Source: Thermoplasmata archaeon
GTDB lineage: Archaea; Thermoplasmatota; Thermoplasmata; Lutacidiplasmatales; UBA184
Reading direction: 5' to 3'
Assembly: GCA_049675585.1 (NCBI GenBank)
Contig: JBAUAJ010000102.1
Coordinates: 109 to 64,108 of the forward strand
Length of the DNA: 64,000 nt
Within the stretch, counting starts at the first letter, position 1. Each line of letters begins with the position of its first letter. Below are positions 1 through 9,152 of this stretch, piece after piece. The translations under genes and the position numbers were made by a program. The notes beneath the pieces are model-generated. The model was not told where the DNA came from. It worked only from the letters and a program-made list of their open reading frames with translations, and ran no database searches.

Positions 1-250
1 GACATCCCATCAAGCGCTAAGGGGCGGGACCGACGCCACTTCTGACGAGGATTAGTGGCTCCTAGGGACCACTCGGACCCACCCCGTCTTGGACCCGTTC
101 ATTGGCCGCTTTGGGGCGGGGGGGAGTAGCTCGCCGGGGCTACCGGCCCGTCCCCACGCGAGCCCACCCTTCGCGGGCCGCGGGTGTCAACTCCCCCGGT
201 CTCGAGCTAGCGCCGGATTGAAATGGGCCCGCTGCCTAAAGATAAGCAGG

Positions 251-724
251 ATGACGGCAGAGCGCCCCGAGAACGGTCCCCCGTGGGGGTGGATCATCCT
301 TGGCATCGCGGCCGCCGGTGTCGGAGCCGGCCTTGCGGGGTACTTCCTTGGGAAGTCGGGGACGGAGAAGAAGGCGCGTGAAGAGGAGGAAGCAAACCCG
401 GCCGTGGTGCGGGAGGGGGACCTTGACGCATTCCATGGGTCCATTGTCGTCTCCCGCGCTCCCACTGACGAGCTCGGCTTCAGGTACACATGCGGTCCGG
501 AGCAGAGCCCGGGAAAGTGGCAGACCCCCAAACTCTACCCCGACGCTATGTCCGCCCGTCAGGCGCTTGCTCTGCCACGATTGAACTGTGCGGACACTGT
601 CTCGCGGATTCGGACTCCGGCTGGAACCCCCCGCGCGTTTGGCACCGCCGCCCCAGCCTTTGGCCGCGCTGGTGGGGGATGCCAGATACTGGTGCGCCGG
701 ACAGACCTCCTCACTTTCGACTAA
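251..724 (+). CDS. Small membrane-anchored protein with C-terminal TNT-like (NAD+ glycohydrolase toxin-type) domain
   Basis: The start is an internal ATG at 251 of track ORF 89..724, whose upstream part is G/P/R-rich. There is one hydrophobic helix (WGWIILGIAAAGVGAGLAGYFLG). The C-terminus (FRYTCG...ARQALALP...GTAAPAFGRAGGGCQ) matches the remembered TNT/PF14021 hallmark (RYG, LP, APxFGxxGGGxQ). Family call not searched. Confidence 0.45.
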   Translation: MTAERPENGPPWGWIILGIAAAGVGAGLAGYFLGKSGTEKKAREEEEANPAVVREGDLDAFHGSIVVSRAPTDELGFRYTCGPEQSPGKWQTPKLYPDAMSARQALALPRLNCADTVSRIRTPAGTPRAFGTAAPAFGRAGGGCQILVRRTDLLTFD

Positions 725-771
725 ACAGAGCGTCATAAATAATTGCGAGTGTATGGGGACCGTGAGGTCCC

Positions 772-1278
772 ATGCGTCCGCTGACGGTCCCTGACGCCGA
801 GAACGTGATCCTCGCCCTACAGGATGAGATCCGACGGTCCGACGAGTCCCGGTACGACCACCGATTGCACGGCCTCCTTCTCGTGGCGCAGGGGATGACC
901 GCCCCTCGGGTCGGCCGCATGCTCGGGGACTCGACCCGGACCGTCCAGTACTGGGTCCGCCGATTCGACGAGGAGGGGCTCGCGGGTCTCGCCGAAGGAG
1001 ACCGACCCGGCCGCCCCCGCCGGCTGACCGAGGCTCAGATGCGATCGATCGAAGCGGCCCTGCGACGGACTCCCGAGGCCGCGGGGCTCTCAGGCACCCT
1101 CTGGGACGGCAAGACCCTCTCCGCCTACCTCGAGCGCCAGTTCGACGTCGACCTTGGCGTCCGCCAGTGCCAGCGCTTGTTCCGTCAGCTGGGGTTCCGC
1201 CTCCGGAAACCGCGACCGGCGCTCGCCTCGGGCGACCCCCTCGTTCAGGCGGCGCACAAAAAAAACTCCAGGCGTTGA
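772..1278 (+). CDS. IS630 transposase, N-terminal HTH part (orfA)
   Basis: HTH and wHTH-like segments (GMTAPRVGRMLGDSTRTVQYWVRRF; WDGKTLSAYLERQFDVDLGVRQCQRLFRQLGF). The frame ends just after the A8 run at 1258-1265. Confidence 0.8.
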   Translation: MRPLTVPDAENVILALQDEIRRSDESRYDHRLHGLLLVAQGMTAPRVGRMLGDSTRTVQYWVRRFDEEGLAGLAEGDRPGRPRRLTEAQMRSIEAALRRTPEAAGLSGTLWDGKTLSAYLERQFDVDLGVRQCQRLFRQLGFRLRKPRPALASGDPLVQAAHKKNSRR

Positions 1279-1817
1279 GCACGGACCCCTCGGTAGACCT
1301 CTGGGCGATGGACGAGGTCCACTTCCAGCAGCACGGTTCCCGCTGTCGGATGTGGGTCCCTCCCGAGGTCCGCGACCCGGTCCTCCTCCATGCGTACACC
1401 CACGCGTCCGTCGGCTACTGGGGCGCGGTTCGATTGCGCGACGGAAAACTGGTCTATCGGCGCGAGGAAGGAATGTTCAACCGGGTCACCTGCACCGAGT
1501 TCCTCCACCAGTTCTATCGCGACAGCACGCGGGGCCCTCGCCGCGTGGTGGTGATCAGCGACAACGCGCAGTATCACCACGCTCGGCTTCACAAGGCGTG
1601 GCGCGCGGAGGTGGCTCCGAGGTTCGAGCTGTCGTTCCTCCCGGCCGCGAGTCCTCAGCTAAACCCGGTCGAGCGGGTGTGGAAGCTCACCCGTCGTCGC
1701 TGCGTGCACAATCGGTACTTCCCGAAGCTCACGGACATCGTCGAAGCGGTCGAGGGAACCTTCGAGGAGTGGAGACGCGGTAACGAGACCCTTCGGCGCC
1801 TATGCGCAATTACTTAG
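1167..1817 (+). CDS. IS630 transposase, DDE catalytic part (orfB, -1 frame relative to orfA)
   Basis: DDE triad context: WAMDEVHF, VVISDNAQYHH, LNPVERVWK. The frame overlaps orfA across the A8 tract. A fused product of about 349 aa is expected after a -1 slip. Confidence 0.8.
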   Translation: MPALVPSAGVPPPETATGARLGRPPRSGGAQKKLQALSTDPSVDLWAMDEVHFQQHGSRCRMWVPPEVRDPVLLHAYTHASVGYWGAVRLRDGKLVYRREEGMFNRVTCTEFLHQFYRDSTRGPRRVVVISDNAQYHHARLHKAWRAEVAPRFELSFLPAASPQLNPVERVWKLTRRRCVHNRYFPKLTDIVEAVEGTFEEWRRGNETLRRLCAIT

Positions 1818-2031
1818 GACGCTGTGTTTAGATCCCACCGTCGACGCCGGCCGCTTCGTTCACATTCGAGCCCGCAGGGGCTGCTACCAGTCTCGGAGGG
1901 GGGCATTAGGAAACCCTGCTCTCCGCAAAGGGTCCGGCACCGCTCCAGGGTGGGGGAGGGTCTGCAAGGTGCGGATTTCAGGCGTGGGAAGGCATTTGCA
2001 CGACCTTCACCCTGCCTCGTGAGGGGACCGG

Positions 2032-2820
2032 GTGACGACCGATTTCGAGAGCCTCCTCGCGAAGTGGGATTCGATCTTCCTCAATACAGTCGACCCGACC
2101 CGCGAACGGCGGATGGAGGCGATCGTAGGGGTGCTCGGAACCCATTTCCACGGACCCATTCGGGTTCTCGACTTGGGGACAGGCCCCGGACCACTTGCCG
2201 GTCGGATTCTCAAACGCTTCAGGGGAAGTCGGGTCATCGCGGTGGACTCGGACCCCGTACTCCTCCGGGTCGGAGAGCAGGCGCTGAGTCGATACGGAAG
2301 CCGGATCACTTGGGTGTTGGCCGACCTGAGGGAGAAGGATTGGTCCTCCGGGTTCCCCACCGAGAGCTGCGATGCGGCTGTCTCCTCGTTGGCCTTGCAC
2401 TGGCTGGAAGAGCGCGAAATCAGGATTCTCTACCGCAACCTGCGACGGCTACTCCGACCGGAGGGTTTCCTGGTCAACGGCGACTTCCTTCCTTCCCACC
2501 GTGCCAAGAGAGGGATTCGTGGTGAGGGAGCTGAGAGCGACGGGGACCGGCGAGCCGAGAAGGTAGACGCGAGCGTACGAGCCTTCAAGCCGAAGTGGGA
2601 GCGGTGGTGGGGCGCGATAGAGAAGGACCCTTCCATGCGCGCTGCCCTCAGAGAACGCCAGATTCGCATGCCGGGACCCCTACCTCCCAGAAGGAACTCG
2701 GGACCCGAGATCCCGGTGCCCCTCGAGGCTCACGAACGCGGGCTGCGAGACGCGGGCTTCCGTGAGACCGCGGTTATATGGCGGGACCAAGGCTTTCGCG
2801 TGCTGGTTGGAACCAAGTGA
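2032..2820 (+). CDS. Class I SAM-dependent methyltransferase
   Basis: Motif I VLDLGTGPGPLAGRIL, then acidic VIAVDSD, then DAAVSSLALHWL. GTG start. Confidence 0.7.
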   Translation: MTTDFESLLAKWDSIFLNTVDPTRERRMEAIVGVLGTHFHGPIRVLDLGTGPGPLAGRILKRFRGSRVIAVDSDPVLLRVGEQALSRYGSRITWVLADLREKDWSSGFPTESCDAAVSSLALHWLEEREIRILYRNLRRLLRPEGFLVNGDFLPSHRAKRGIRGEGAESDGDRRAEKVDASVRAFKPKWERWWGAIEKDPSMRAALRERQIRMPGPLPPRRNSGPEIPVPLEAHERGLRDAGFRETAVIWRDQGFRVLVGTK

Positions 2821-3052
2821 GTGACCTTGCCGTTGGATACCCACGCTTTGGGAGCAAAGTCCCCCTCCCGGAACCGCCGCGTGGCCGCCGTCACCAACCG
2901 TTAGGGCGTGACCGAAGGGCTGCGTTAGGGGATAGGCTGAACCGGTCGCGCGTTGCCTTCGCGTATTGACGAGACCCCGGCTTCTATTGGAGTCGGTCAG
3001 CAAGCTCCTTGGTACGAGTCGGTTCCGGTGAAGTCTCTTCGGCCCGCGACTT

Positions 3053-3985
3053 CTAAGGAGCAAGGACCCCCTCGAGCACCGGACGCACGTCAACTTCGAG
3101 CGGTGACTCGGAGGTCGGACTGTAGCTGGTCACCGTGGGAGTGATCTGAAGTCCTTCCGTTCGGGACCACTCCGACACCGTGGCGGGTGCACAATTCGTT
3201 TCCGCGACCGCCCGAGCGAGCTCGTCGAGCTCCTTCGCGCGGCGGAGCGGATCGTCCTCGTTGAGAATTCCCCACTGATCCCACACCAACATCTCGGCCT
3301 TGTTCATTGCCGCCAGATCTTGGACCACGTGGTGTCGGAGAGAGAGCCACCCTCGAGTGTACGGGATCTCCAAGTCGGGTGCCACCACGAACCGCTCTGG
3401 GTCGACTTGACCCGACCGGGCCGCAATCCAAGCGCGAGGGCCCGTCACGAACTGGTCGCGCGGAACGTCAAGGGGGTCGAAACCGACTCTAGCGACGATA
3501 GTGTTGGTAATCTCGGGTTCGACAAGTCGCCAGCGCTTCTCTTCGGAGTCCCAGATTTCGGCGATGACGTGGTCGAGGTACCAATCGGGCTTGAAGTAGG
3601 TTGCATACCCGAATCGGACCCTGGCGGGAATGCCCTTGTGGCGCGCCATCGAAACGAACAGTACAGCGTAGTCTCGGCAGCAGCCGGGCAGTCGCTCCTC
3701 GAGAGGTCGATCCCTTGAGAGTTGCGGCGGGCCCATCTCGAGCAGGCGGCCGAACATCGCTTCCGCATACCGCAGGTCGACCTCCTTGAGACGATCTCCG
3801 GTAATGGGGGGTGTGCTCCCATCGCTGTTTCCCATGTAGTGGGCCACCAGCCGCTGGCTGACCTCGCGGAGCGCGCTCAGGCTCGAAGGGAGCTCATCGA
3901 TCGCCGTTACCGACCGGCCGACCCTAGTAACTCGACTCTGCGCTCGCCAAGCACCGGCCTGTTCCTCAAGGTTCACGGACAGCAT
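3053..3985 (-). CDS. Transglutaminase-like cysteine protease-fold protein
   Basis: Cys-His-Asp core context: LPGCCRDYAVLFVSMARHKGIPARVRFGY ... DHVIAEIWD. The start is taken at the internal ATG (CAT at 3983-3985) because the upstream 99 codons of track ORF 3053..4282 are low-complexity. Confidence 0.65.
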   Translation of the reverse strand: MLSVNLEEQAGAWRAQSRVTRVGRSVTAIDELPSSLSALREVSQRLVAHYMGNSDGSTPPITGDRLKEVDLRYAEAMFGRLLEMGPPQLSRDRPLEERLPGCCRDYAVLFVSMARHKGIPARVRFGYATYFKPDWYLDHVIAEIWDSEEKRWRLVEPEITNTIVARVGFDPLDVPRDQFVTGPRAWIAARSGQVDPERFVVAPDLEIPYTRGWLSLRHHVVQDLAAMNKAEMLVWDQWGILNEDDPLRRAKELDELARAVAETNCAPATVSEWSRTEGLQITPTVTSYSPTSESPLEVDVRPVLEGVLAP

Positions 3986-4382
3986 AGAGTCGAGTATCGA
4001 GATTATTTTTTGCCCTAACGGACTGCCCCCGAGTCGGGCCGCGAGAGACGGAGGGGGTGCATAGAGCCAGCGCTTTCTACCCACCTCCAGCGTCAGTTCA
4101 CGGTCAGAGGCCGGACCCTGGGGGTGCGTCGGATGTCCTGCCTTTGGTGCCGGAGACGAAATCCCTGCCCCCACCCTCAACGAGTGGGTTTCCAAACGGG
4201 GTGCGTCGCCCGGTCGATCTCGATCCGGTTCGCGGGCTCCTCGCGACGGCGCTCCGCGACTTCGGCGAAGCCGGGCCCACACCTGTCGAATCCCCTTCTC
4301 GGTGTTGAACGGGACTACGAACTAGAGTCGAATAAAACCGGGGTCATTCTACGCAGGGAGTCCGGAGCTAGGTGGTTCACCT

Positions 4383-5864
4383 ATGATCGATTTCCCTCTG
4401 TGGCTGCGCGTCTCGCACCTGATCAACGCCATCTTGATCATCATGATGATGCGCAGCGGCCTCGAGATCCTCTCCGCGCATCCCAAGCTCTACACCAACG
4501 ACAACGCCCTTGATGGATCGGAATGGATCAAGTTCACGAAGAAGAAGATGCCCAAGGACCGGCTCTGGACATCATCAGACGAGGACGAGGCATTCCCCTC
4601 CTGGCTCGCGCTTCCCGGGAGGAGCAATCTGGGTTTGGGGCGGCACTGGCATTTCTTTTCGCTCCTCTTCTGGGTCGCCAACGGCGTCGTATTCTACGTC
4701 CTTCTCTTCGCGACGGGACTCTGGACCACGCTGATCCCGACGTCCTGGTCGTTCTTTCCCCAAGTCGGGACGGCGATCAGCGCTATTCTCGGAGGTCACC
4801 TTCCCCCCGCAGGACATCCGTTCGATGCCGTTCAGCAGCTCACCTACGCCGGCGTCATCTTCGTCCTGGCCCCACTGATGGTCGTCACCGGACCGGCGCT
4901 CTCGCCGGCGGTGGGGGCGCGTTTTCCGTGGTACCCCAAGCTCTTCGGGGGCCGCCAAGGGGCGCGCACCCTTCACTTCCTCGGGTTGGTAGGGCTGGTC
5001 CTGTTCGTAATCGTTCATCTCACGTTCGTCGTCATCGACGGTTTTCAGCAGAACATCGCGAACATCGTTCTCGGGGGCGGAATGATTTCCCTGACCGTCG
5101 CGGTCGTTCTCTTCCTCCTCTACCTCCTGGTCGTGATCGCGATCAACCTCTGGGAGAGCCACTATTCGCTGGGCTCGCCACGGAAGGTGCAGGTAGGGCT
5201 CGACCGGGTGATCGCCCCGGTCAAGAAGGCGATCTTTGGAAAGGTGGTCTCGCGCCAGAACCGGAAGGAATCCGAGATCAGCCCCTACTTCCGCGTGAAC
5301 GGCCGCCCGCCGGAAACGACCGAGTATCGAGAACTTCTCGAGAACAGCTTCTCCAGCTGGAGACTGCGAGTCTACGGTCTCGTGGACCACGAGCTCTCGC
5401 TCTCGCTCGGCGACCTGCGGGCGATGAGAAAGGAGACCCAGATTACCGAGCACAGCTGCATCCAGGGTTGGACGGCGATCGGCAAGTGGGCCGGAGTCCC
5501 GGTCTCGTTCGTCCTCCGGCTCTGCGGTCCGAAACCGAACGCACGGTATGCGGTCTTCCACTCCATGGGGTTCGGCGAGCGGGACCAATACGGCCACGGC
5601 GAACCCACCAAGGAGTTCTACGAGGTGATCGACCTCGAGCTTGCCGGACATCACCAAACGATTCTCGCGTACGAGATGAACGGGAAAAATCTCCCTATAG
5701 AACACGGCGCCCCGCTCCGGCTTCGGGTCGAGACCCAATTGGGATTCAAGATGGTCAAGTGGCTCCGATCGATCGAGCTCGTCGACGATTACCGCCAGAT
5801 TTTCGGTGGATTGGGAGGTTACCGTGAGGACGTTCAGCATTTCGCAGTTGGCGCGCCAATCTGA
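4383..5864 (+). CDS. Fusion of a b-type cytochrome-like membrane domain and a molybdopterin-binding oxidoreductase domain (MsrQ/MsrP- or sulfite-oxidase-like)
   Basis: The N-terminal multi-TM region has spaced His residues (RVSHLINAILIIMMM, RHWHFFSLLFW, LHFLGLVGLVLFVIVHL). The C-terminal region (HSCIQGWTAIGKWAGVPV ... NGKNLPIEHGAPLRLRVETQLGFKMVKWLRSIELV) is typical of the Oxidored_molyb fold. Confidence 0.75.
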   Translation: MIDFPLWLRVSHLINAILIIMMMRSGLEILSAHPKLYTNDNALDGSEWIKFTKKKMPKDRLWTSSDEDEAFPSWLALPGRSNLGLGRHWHFFSLLFWVANGVVFYVLLFATGLWTTLIPTSWSFFPQVGTAISAILGGHLPPAGHPFDAVQQLTYAGVIFVLAPLMVVTGPALSPAVGARFPWYPKLFGGRQGARTLHFLGLVGLVLFVIVHLTFVVIDGFQQNIANIVLGGGMISLTVAVVLFLLYLLVVIAINLWESHYSLGSPRKVQVGLDRVIAPVKKAIFGKVVSRQNRKESEISPYFRVNGRPPETTEYRELLENSFSSWRLRVYGLVDHELSLSLGDLRAMRKETQITEHSCIQGWTAIGKWAGVPVSFVLRLCGPKPNARYAVFHSMGFGERDQYGHGEPTKEFYEVIDLELAGHHQTILAYEMNGKNLPIEHGAPLRLRVETQLGFKMVKWLRSIELVDDYRQIFGGLGGYREDVQHFAVGAPI

Positions 5865-6618
5865 GACCGTCGCTTATACCCTCCCCGGCGGGAGCAGCGC
5901 GAGATCTTTCCGGATCGGTAAGCCCCTCGCCCTGCAGGGAAGGAAGCTTGGGCGGGTCGGCGTCGCGAAACCTGAGCCTTCGGCTGATGACGCCCTCCCT
6001 GTTGCGCGTCCGGGTCGTGGGGCTCCACGCGACCGGCGGGATGCCAAAGGCCCCACCCCTGCAACTGAGGACATCTCGAGACTCCCCGTCTTCACTGTCG
6101 GGCACTCCACGCGCCTGATCTCCCAGTTCATCGAGTTACTCACTGGATTCGCGATCGAGCGGCTGATCGACGTCCGGACCGTGCGTCGGTCGCGGCACAA
6201 TCCCCAATTCGACCAGGACGTCCTCCGTCTATCGGTCGCGCCCTTCGGCATCGTCTACGAACCCGCTCCGGACCTCGGAGGGCTTCGCAGGTCAAGCAAG
6301 GTCTCGAGGAACCTGGGTTGGCGTAATGCCAGTTTCCGCGGATACGCGGACCACATGGAGACCCCCGAGTTCGAACGAGCGCTGAACGACTTGATTGCCG
6401 GCTCTCGGCTCAGCTCGACGGTTATCATGTGCGCCGAGGCGGTTCCGTGGCGCTGTCATCGGTCGCTGATCTCGGACGCGCTGGTCATTCGGGGAACGGT
6501 CGTGCGTCACCTGATGGGCCCCGGTTCGGTAATCCCCCATCGGCTCACCCCGTTCGCCGTCCCGCGAAACGGTCGCCTAACATATCCCGCAAGCGAGCAA
6601 GGAGCCCCCACCCCTTGA
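5806..6618 (+). CDS. DUF488 family protein
   Basis: VFTVGHSTR ... LIDVRTVRRSRHNPQFD ... FRGYADHM ... VIMCAEAVPWRCHRSLISDAL is the DUF488 pattern. The first ~85 codons are low-complexity and overlap the previous gene, so the true start is uncertain. Confidence 0.7.
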   Translation: MDWEVTVRTFSISQLARQSETVAYTLPGGSSARSFRIGKPLALQGRKLGRVGVAKPEPSADDALPVARPGRGAPRDRRDAKGPTPATEDISRLPVFTVGHSTRLISQFIELLTGFAIERLIDVRTVRRSRHNPQFDQDVLRLSVAPFGIVYEPAPDLGGLRRSSKVSRNLGWRNASFRGYADHMETPEFERALNDLIAGSRLSSTVIMCAEAVPWRCHRSLISDALVIRGTVVRHLMGPGSVIPHRLTPFAVPRNGRLTYPASEQGAPTP

Positions 6619-7107
6619 CGCGGCGAACCCAGCAAGGCAACGTTGTCGCATCCCGGTCGGGTCGAGGGCCGGGAGCACTTCGGCCCCGGGAGCGTCGGGA
6701 CTCTGGCTCTGGAAGATTCGCCGCTCGCAATGGAAGTAGAGGTTGCATAAATCGAGGTGGAATCGCCAACGACTCCGGTGGCCGCCTGGCGGCGCCCGTT
6801 TAGAAGAGAGTGGTGGCTTCCGAGCGTGGTTTGATCCCGGGTGCGATCCCGGCCGCCGGCTTGCCCGAGCGGCCAAAGCCTTCCGCGGGACGCATTCGCG
6901 ATTCCTTCCCACAGGCAACCCGGAGGTAGCCCGACTTTCCGAGGGCAACTTCCTCCCACGACGACGGCATGATCCCGCGCGAGGGCAGCGTTCATGCGGG
7001 CTATGTCGTTCTCGAATCAACCGGCCCTCCACATTCATCCCCGCCCGAGGTCGATCTCCCGGGGGTATCAGAGGTCGGAACATCTCGAGGTTCTGGAGTT
7101 CACTTCG

Positions 7108-8547
7108 CTACAGATGCCAGGTAGGGCCCCCATAACCGTCCGGCAGTCTCGGTGATTTGCCCCGACCGAATGCGTCGGTCCGCGCGGTCAGCGGCCGTCC
7201 GGTTTTCTTCTGGAGGAACGCATCGATCGCGATAGCGGCCGCGGTCCCAGCGGCCATCGCGTAGACCACCGATTTCCCCCCGCAGGCGAACACACCATCG
7301 ATGTCGGTCATCCAACCTTCGCGCTTTCCCTCGGGCCAACCCATTGAGGAGAACTTGAAGTCGAGCGCAGGGGACAGTCGGCTGACGTCCGCCGTTTCGC
7401 CCACCGCAATAATCACCGTGTCGCAGGCGACGGTTTCTTCGGTGCCGGGCACTTTGATCACGGTCGGCCGGCCCTTCGGGTCGAGTGGCCCCGGTTCCGT
7501 ACGTTGGAGCACGATGCCCTCAACGTGGTCGGAGCCGATGATCCTCACCGGCGCGCGCTGAAAGAGGAAGTTGATCCCCTCCTCTTCCCCCCCGGTCTTC
7601 TCCTCTGGCCCGGCCGGCATCTCCTCATTCGTCCGGCGATACACCACGGTGACATCCCCGTTCCGGGATAGTCGAAGACTCGATCGAGCCGCGTCCAACC
7701 CCACGTCTCCCCCACCGATGATGACAATTTTTCGCCCTTTGCGGCCGAAGAGACCGTCCGGGCCCTGATTGACGGCGAGCAGGAACGGGAGCGCGGAGAA
7801 GACCCCCGGAAGCTCCTCCCCGGGAATCTCCAGGGGTCTCGGATCCCACGCCCCGATCGCGACGAAGACGGCCAGGTATCCATCTTTGAGTAGACCTTCG
7901 GGGGTGAAATCGACCCCCACGCGCTTTCCGGGGACGAAGGATATGTCGAGACGTCCGAATCGAGCGAGGTCCGTGGCCAGATCGTTATCGCCTTGGTGGT
8001 ATCTCGGGATGGTCGCGATCTGGCCCCCGAGGAACTTCTCCGCATCGTAGACGGTGACCGAGTAGCCCCTCAGGCAGAGTTCCCAAGCAGCCATCAGACC
8101 GGCCGGCCCAGCTCCGACGATCGCCACGCGTTTGTTTTGAGGGACGCTCGGAACGTACAATTGGTCCGAACGGCCGAATTCGAGCGCGGCCCGCTTCAGA
8201 TGGCGAATGGCGATAGGGACCCCTCGTCCCCCCATGATGCAGTCCTCCTCGCAATAGTGGTAACACGATTTGCAGAGAACGGTGGCGAGCGGGTTGTCCT
8301 GGAGGGTCAACGTCGCCGCGTCGTCAAACCTCCGCTGCGCGATGAGCGCGATGTACCCTCGACAGTCCTGGTCGATCGGACAGGCTTGAACGCAGTATGG
8401 CATCGCGCATTGGATGCAACGCTGGGCCTCGAGGACGGCATCCTCGAGAGAGTACGGCCGGAGGACTTCCTCGAAGGTCGTCCGGCGATCGGCGATCGTC
8501 TCCTCAGCGATGGGGGTCCGTGCATACCTCGAATTCTCATCCGTCAT
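7108..8547 (-). CDS. Glutamate synthase small-subunit-like (GltD/SudA-type) FAD/NAD(P)H oxidoreductase with Fe-S cysteines
   Basis: Cys clusters CIQCAMPYCVQACP and CKSCYHYCEEDC. Two dinucleotide-binding motifs: VAIVGAGPAGLMAAWEL and IVIIGGGDVGLDAARS. Confidence 0.8.
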   Translation of the reverse strand: MTDENSRYARTPIAEETIADRRTTFEEVLRPYSLEDAVLEAQRCIQCAMPYCVQACPIDQDCRGYIALIAQRRFDDAATLTLQDNPLATVLCKSCYHYCEEDCIMGGRGVPIAIRHLKRAALEFGRSDQLYVPSVPQNKRVAIVGAGPAGLMAAWELCLRGYSVTVYDAEKFLGGQIATIPRYHQGDNDLATDLARFGRLDISFVPGKRVGVDFTPEGLLKDGYLAVFVAIGAWDPRPLEIPGEELPGVFSALPFLLAVNQGPDGLFGRKGRKIVIIGGGDVGLDAARSSLRLSRNGDVTVVYRRTNEEMPAGPEEKTGGEEEGINFLFQRAPVRIIGSDHVEGIVLQRTEPGPLDPKGRPTVIKVPGTEETVACDTVIIAVGETADVSRLSPALDFKFSSMGWPEGKREGWMTDIDGVFACGGKSVVYAMAAGTAAAIAIDAFLQKKTGRPLTARTDAFGRGKSPRLPDGYGGPTWHL

Positions 8548-8760
8548 GATGCAAAGTCCCGTAGCGCTAGAGATTCCGTGCCCTTGACTTGGTGGCCCAC
8601 CTGGAACTGTCCGACATGCAGAGGCTTAGCGCGGGAAAAGTGGCGAATTCGGTCACGGTTAAAGCAGTTCTGCCGGCAGGGGCGTCGGCATGAGCTGGAA
8701 TCCGAAATCGATGGGGCGTCCTCGAAGAATCCTCGATCCCACTCAGCGGGGCGGGAGCGG

Positions 8761-9079
8761 GTGCTGGTGGGTTTGCGGTGAACGGCCCTCGGCTCACCGA
8801 CACTTGGAGGTTCTCTGGCGGAGTCTCGCTACTAGCGGCAATCCCTCTCCACGCGATGGCGCCGATCTTGTCCACGATCCACTCGATGGCTACCTCGTGT
8901 TGTTTGGCGGAGAAGGCCCTACTTCACCGCCGAACGACGCCTTGGAAGTCAGCGCGAGCTTGAGCGGTGCCTCGTCCGAACTGTCCGGAACGAACGGGGC
9001 AATAGGGTTTTATTCGAGCGTCGCCGGAGCGGGAGTCGCCGCTGTAGCGGTTCGTGTATTGTTGCTCGTGATGGAGTGA
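8761..9079 (+). pseudogene. Remnant of a Kelch-repeat surface protein gene, split over three frames, with a C-terminal hydrophobic anchor
   Basis: Kelch-like strings lie in different frames: VLVGLR*, NGPRLTDTWRFSGG, and ATSGNPSPRDGADLVHDPLDGYLVLFGGEGPTSPPNDALEV. The end is ...GAGVAAVAVRVLLLVME. Only about 1.5 repeats remain. Confidence 0.3.
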
Positions 9080-9144
9080 ACTCCCCAGGGGCCCTCTGAG
9101 GGACATCCACCGCAATCAACGTTATTCCCGGGAGAGGTCCGTTA

Positions 9145-9152
9145 GGAACTCC
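9145..9152. repeat. Left copy of the 8-bp target-site duplication GGAACTCC of the IS66 element
   Basis: Identical octamer immediately outside both inverted repeats. Confidence 0.85.

Larger units (their letters stand above)
722..1830 (+). mobile_element. IS630-family insertion sequence
   Basis: Imperfect terminal inverted repeats: 722-747 TAAACAGAGCGTCATAAATAATTGCG versus the reverse complement of 1805-1830 TAAACACAGCGTCCTAAGTAATTGCG (23/26 identical). Both ends carry TA, the IS630 target dinucleotide. It encloses a two-frame HTH plus DDE transposase. Confidence 0.85.

Noticed and set aside
236-1399. 387-aa minus-strand ORF covering the TNT-like gene and half of IS630
   Set aside because: The translation is R/G/P/S-rich low complexity and antisense to genes with clear motifs. 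This is a typical shadow ORF in high-GC DNA.
4523-5840. 434-aa (+) and 421-aa (-) ORFs overlapping the cytochrome-b/Moco gene
   Set aside because: Both translate to Arg/Gly/Pro/Asp-rich strings without motifs. The 4383..5864 frame has clear TM and Moco-domain signatures.
6845-6900. tRNA-like string GCCGGCTTGCCCGAGCGGCCAAAGCC resembling a class II tRNA D arm
   Set aside because: The D stem does not close (GCCC versus GCC), and no anticodon or T arm follows. The segment is treated instead as part of the possible structured RNA on the opposite strand.
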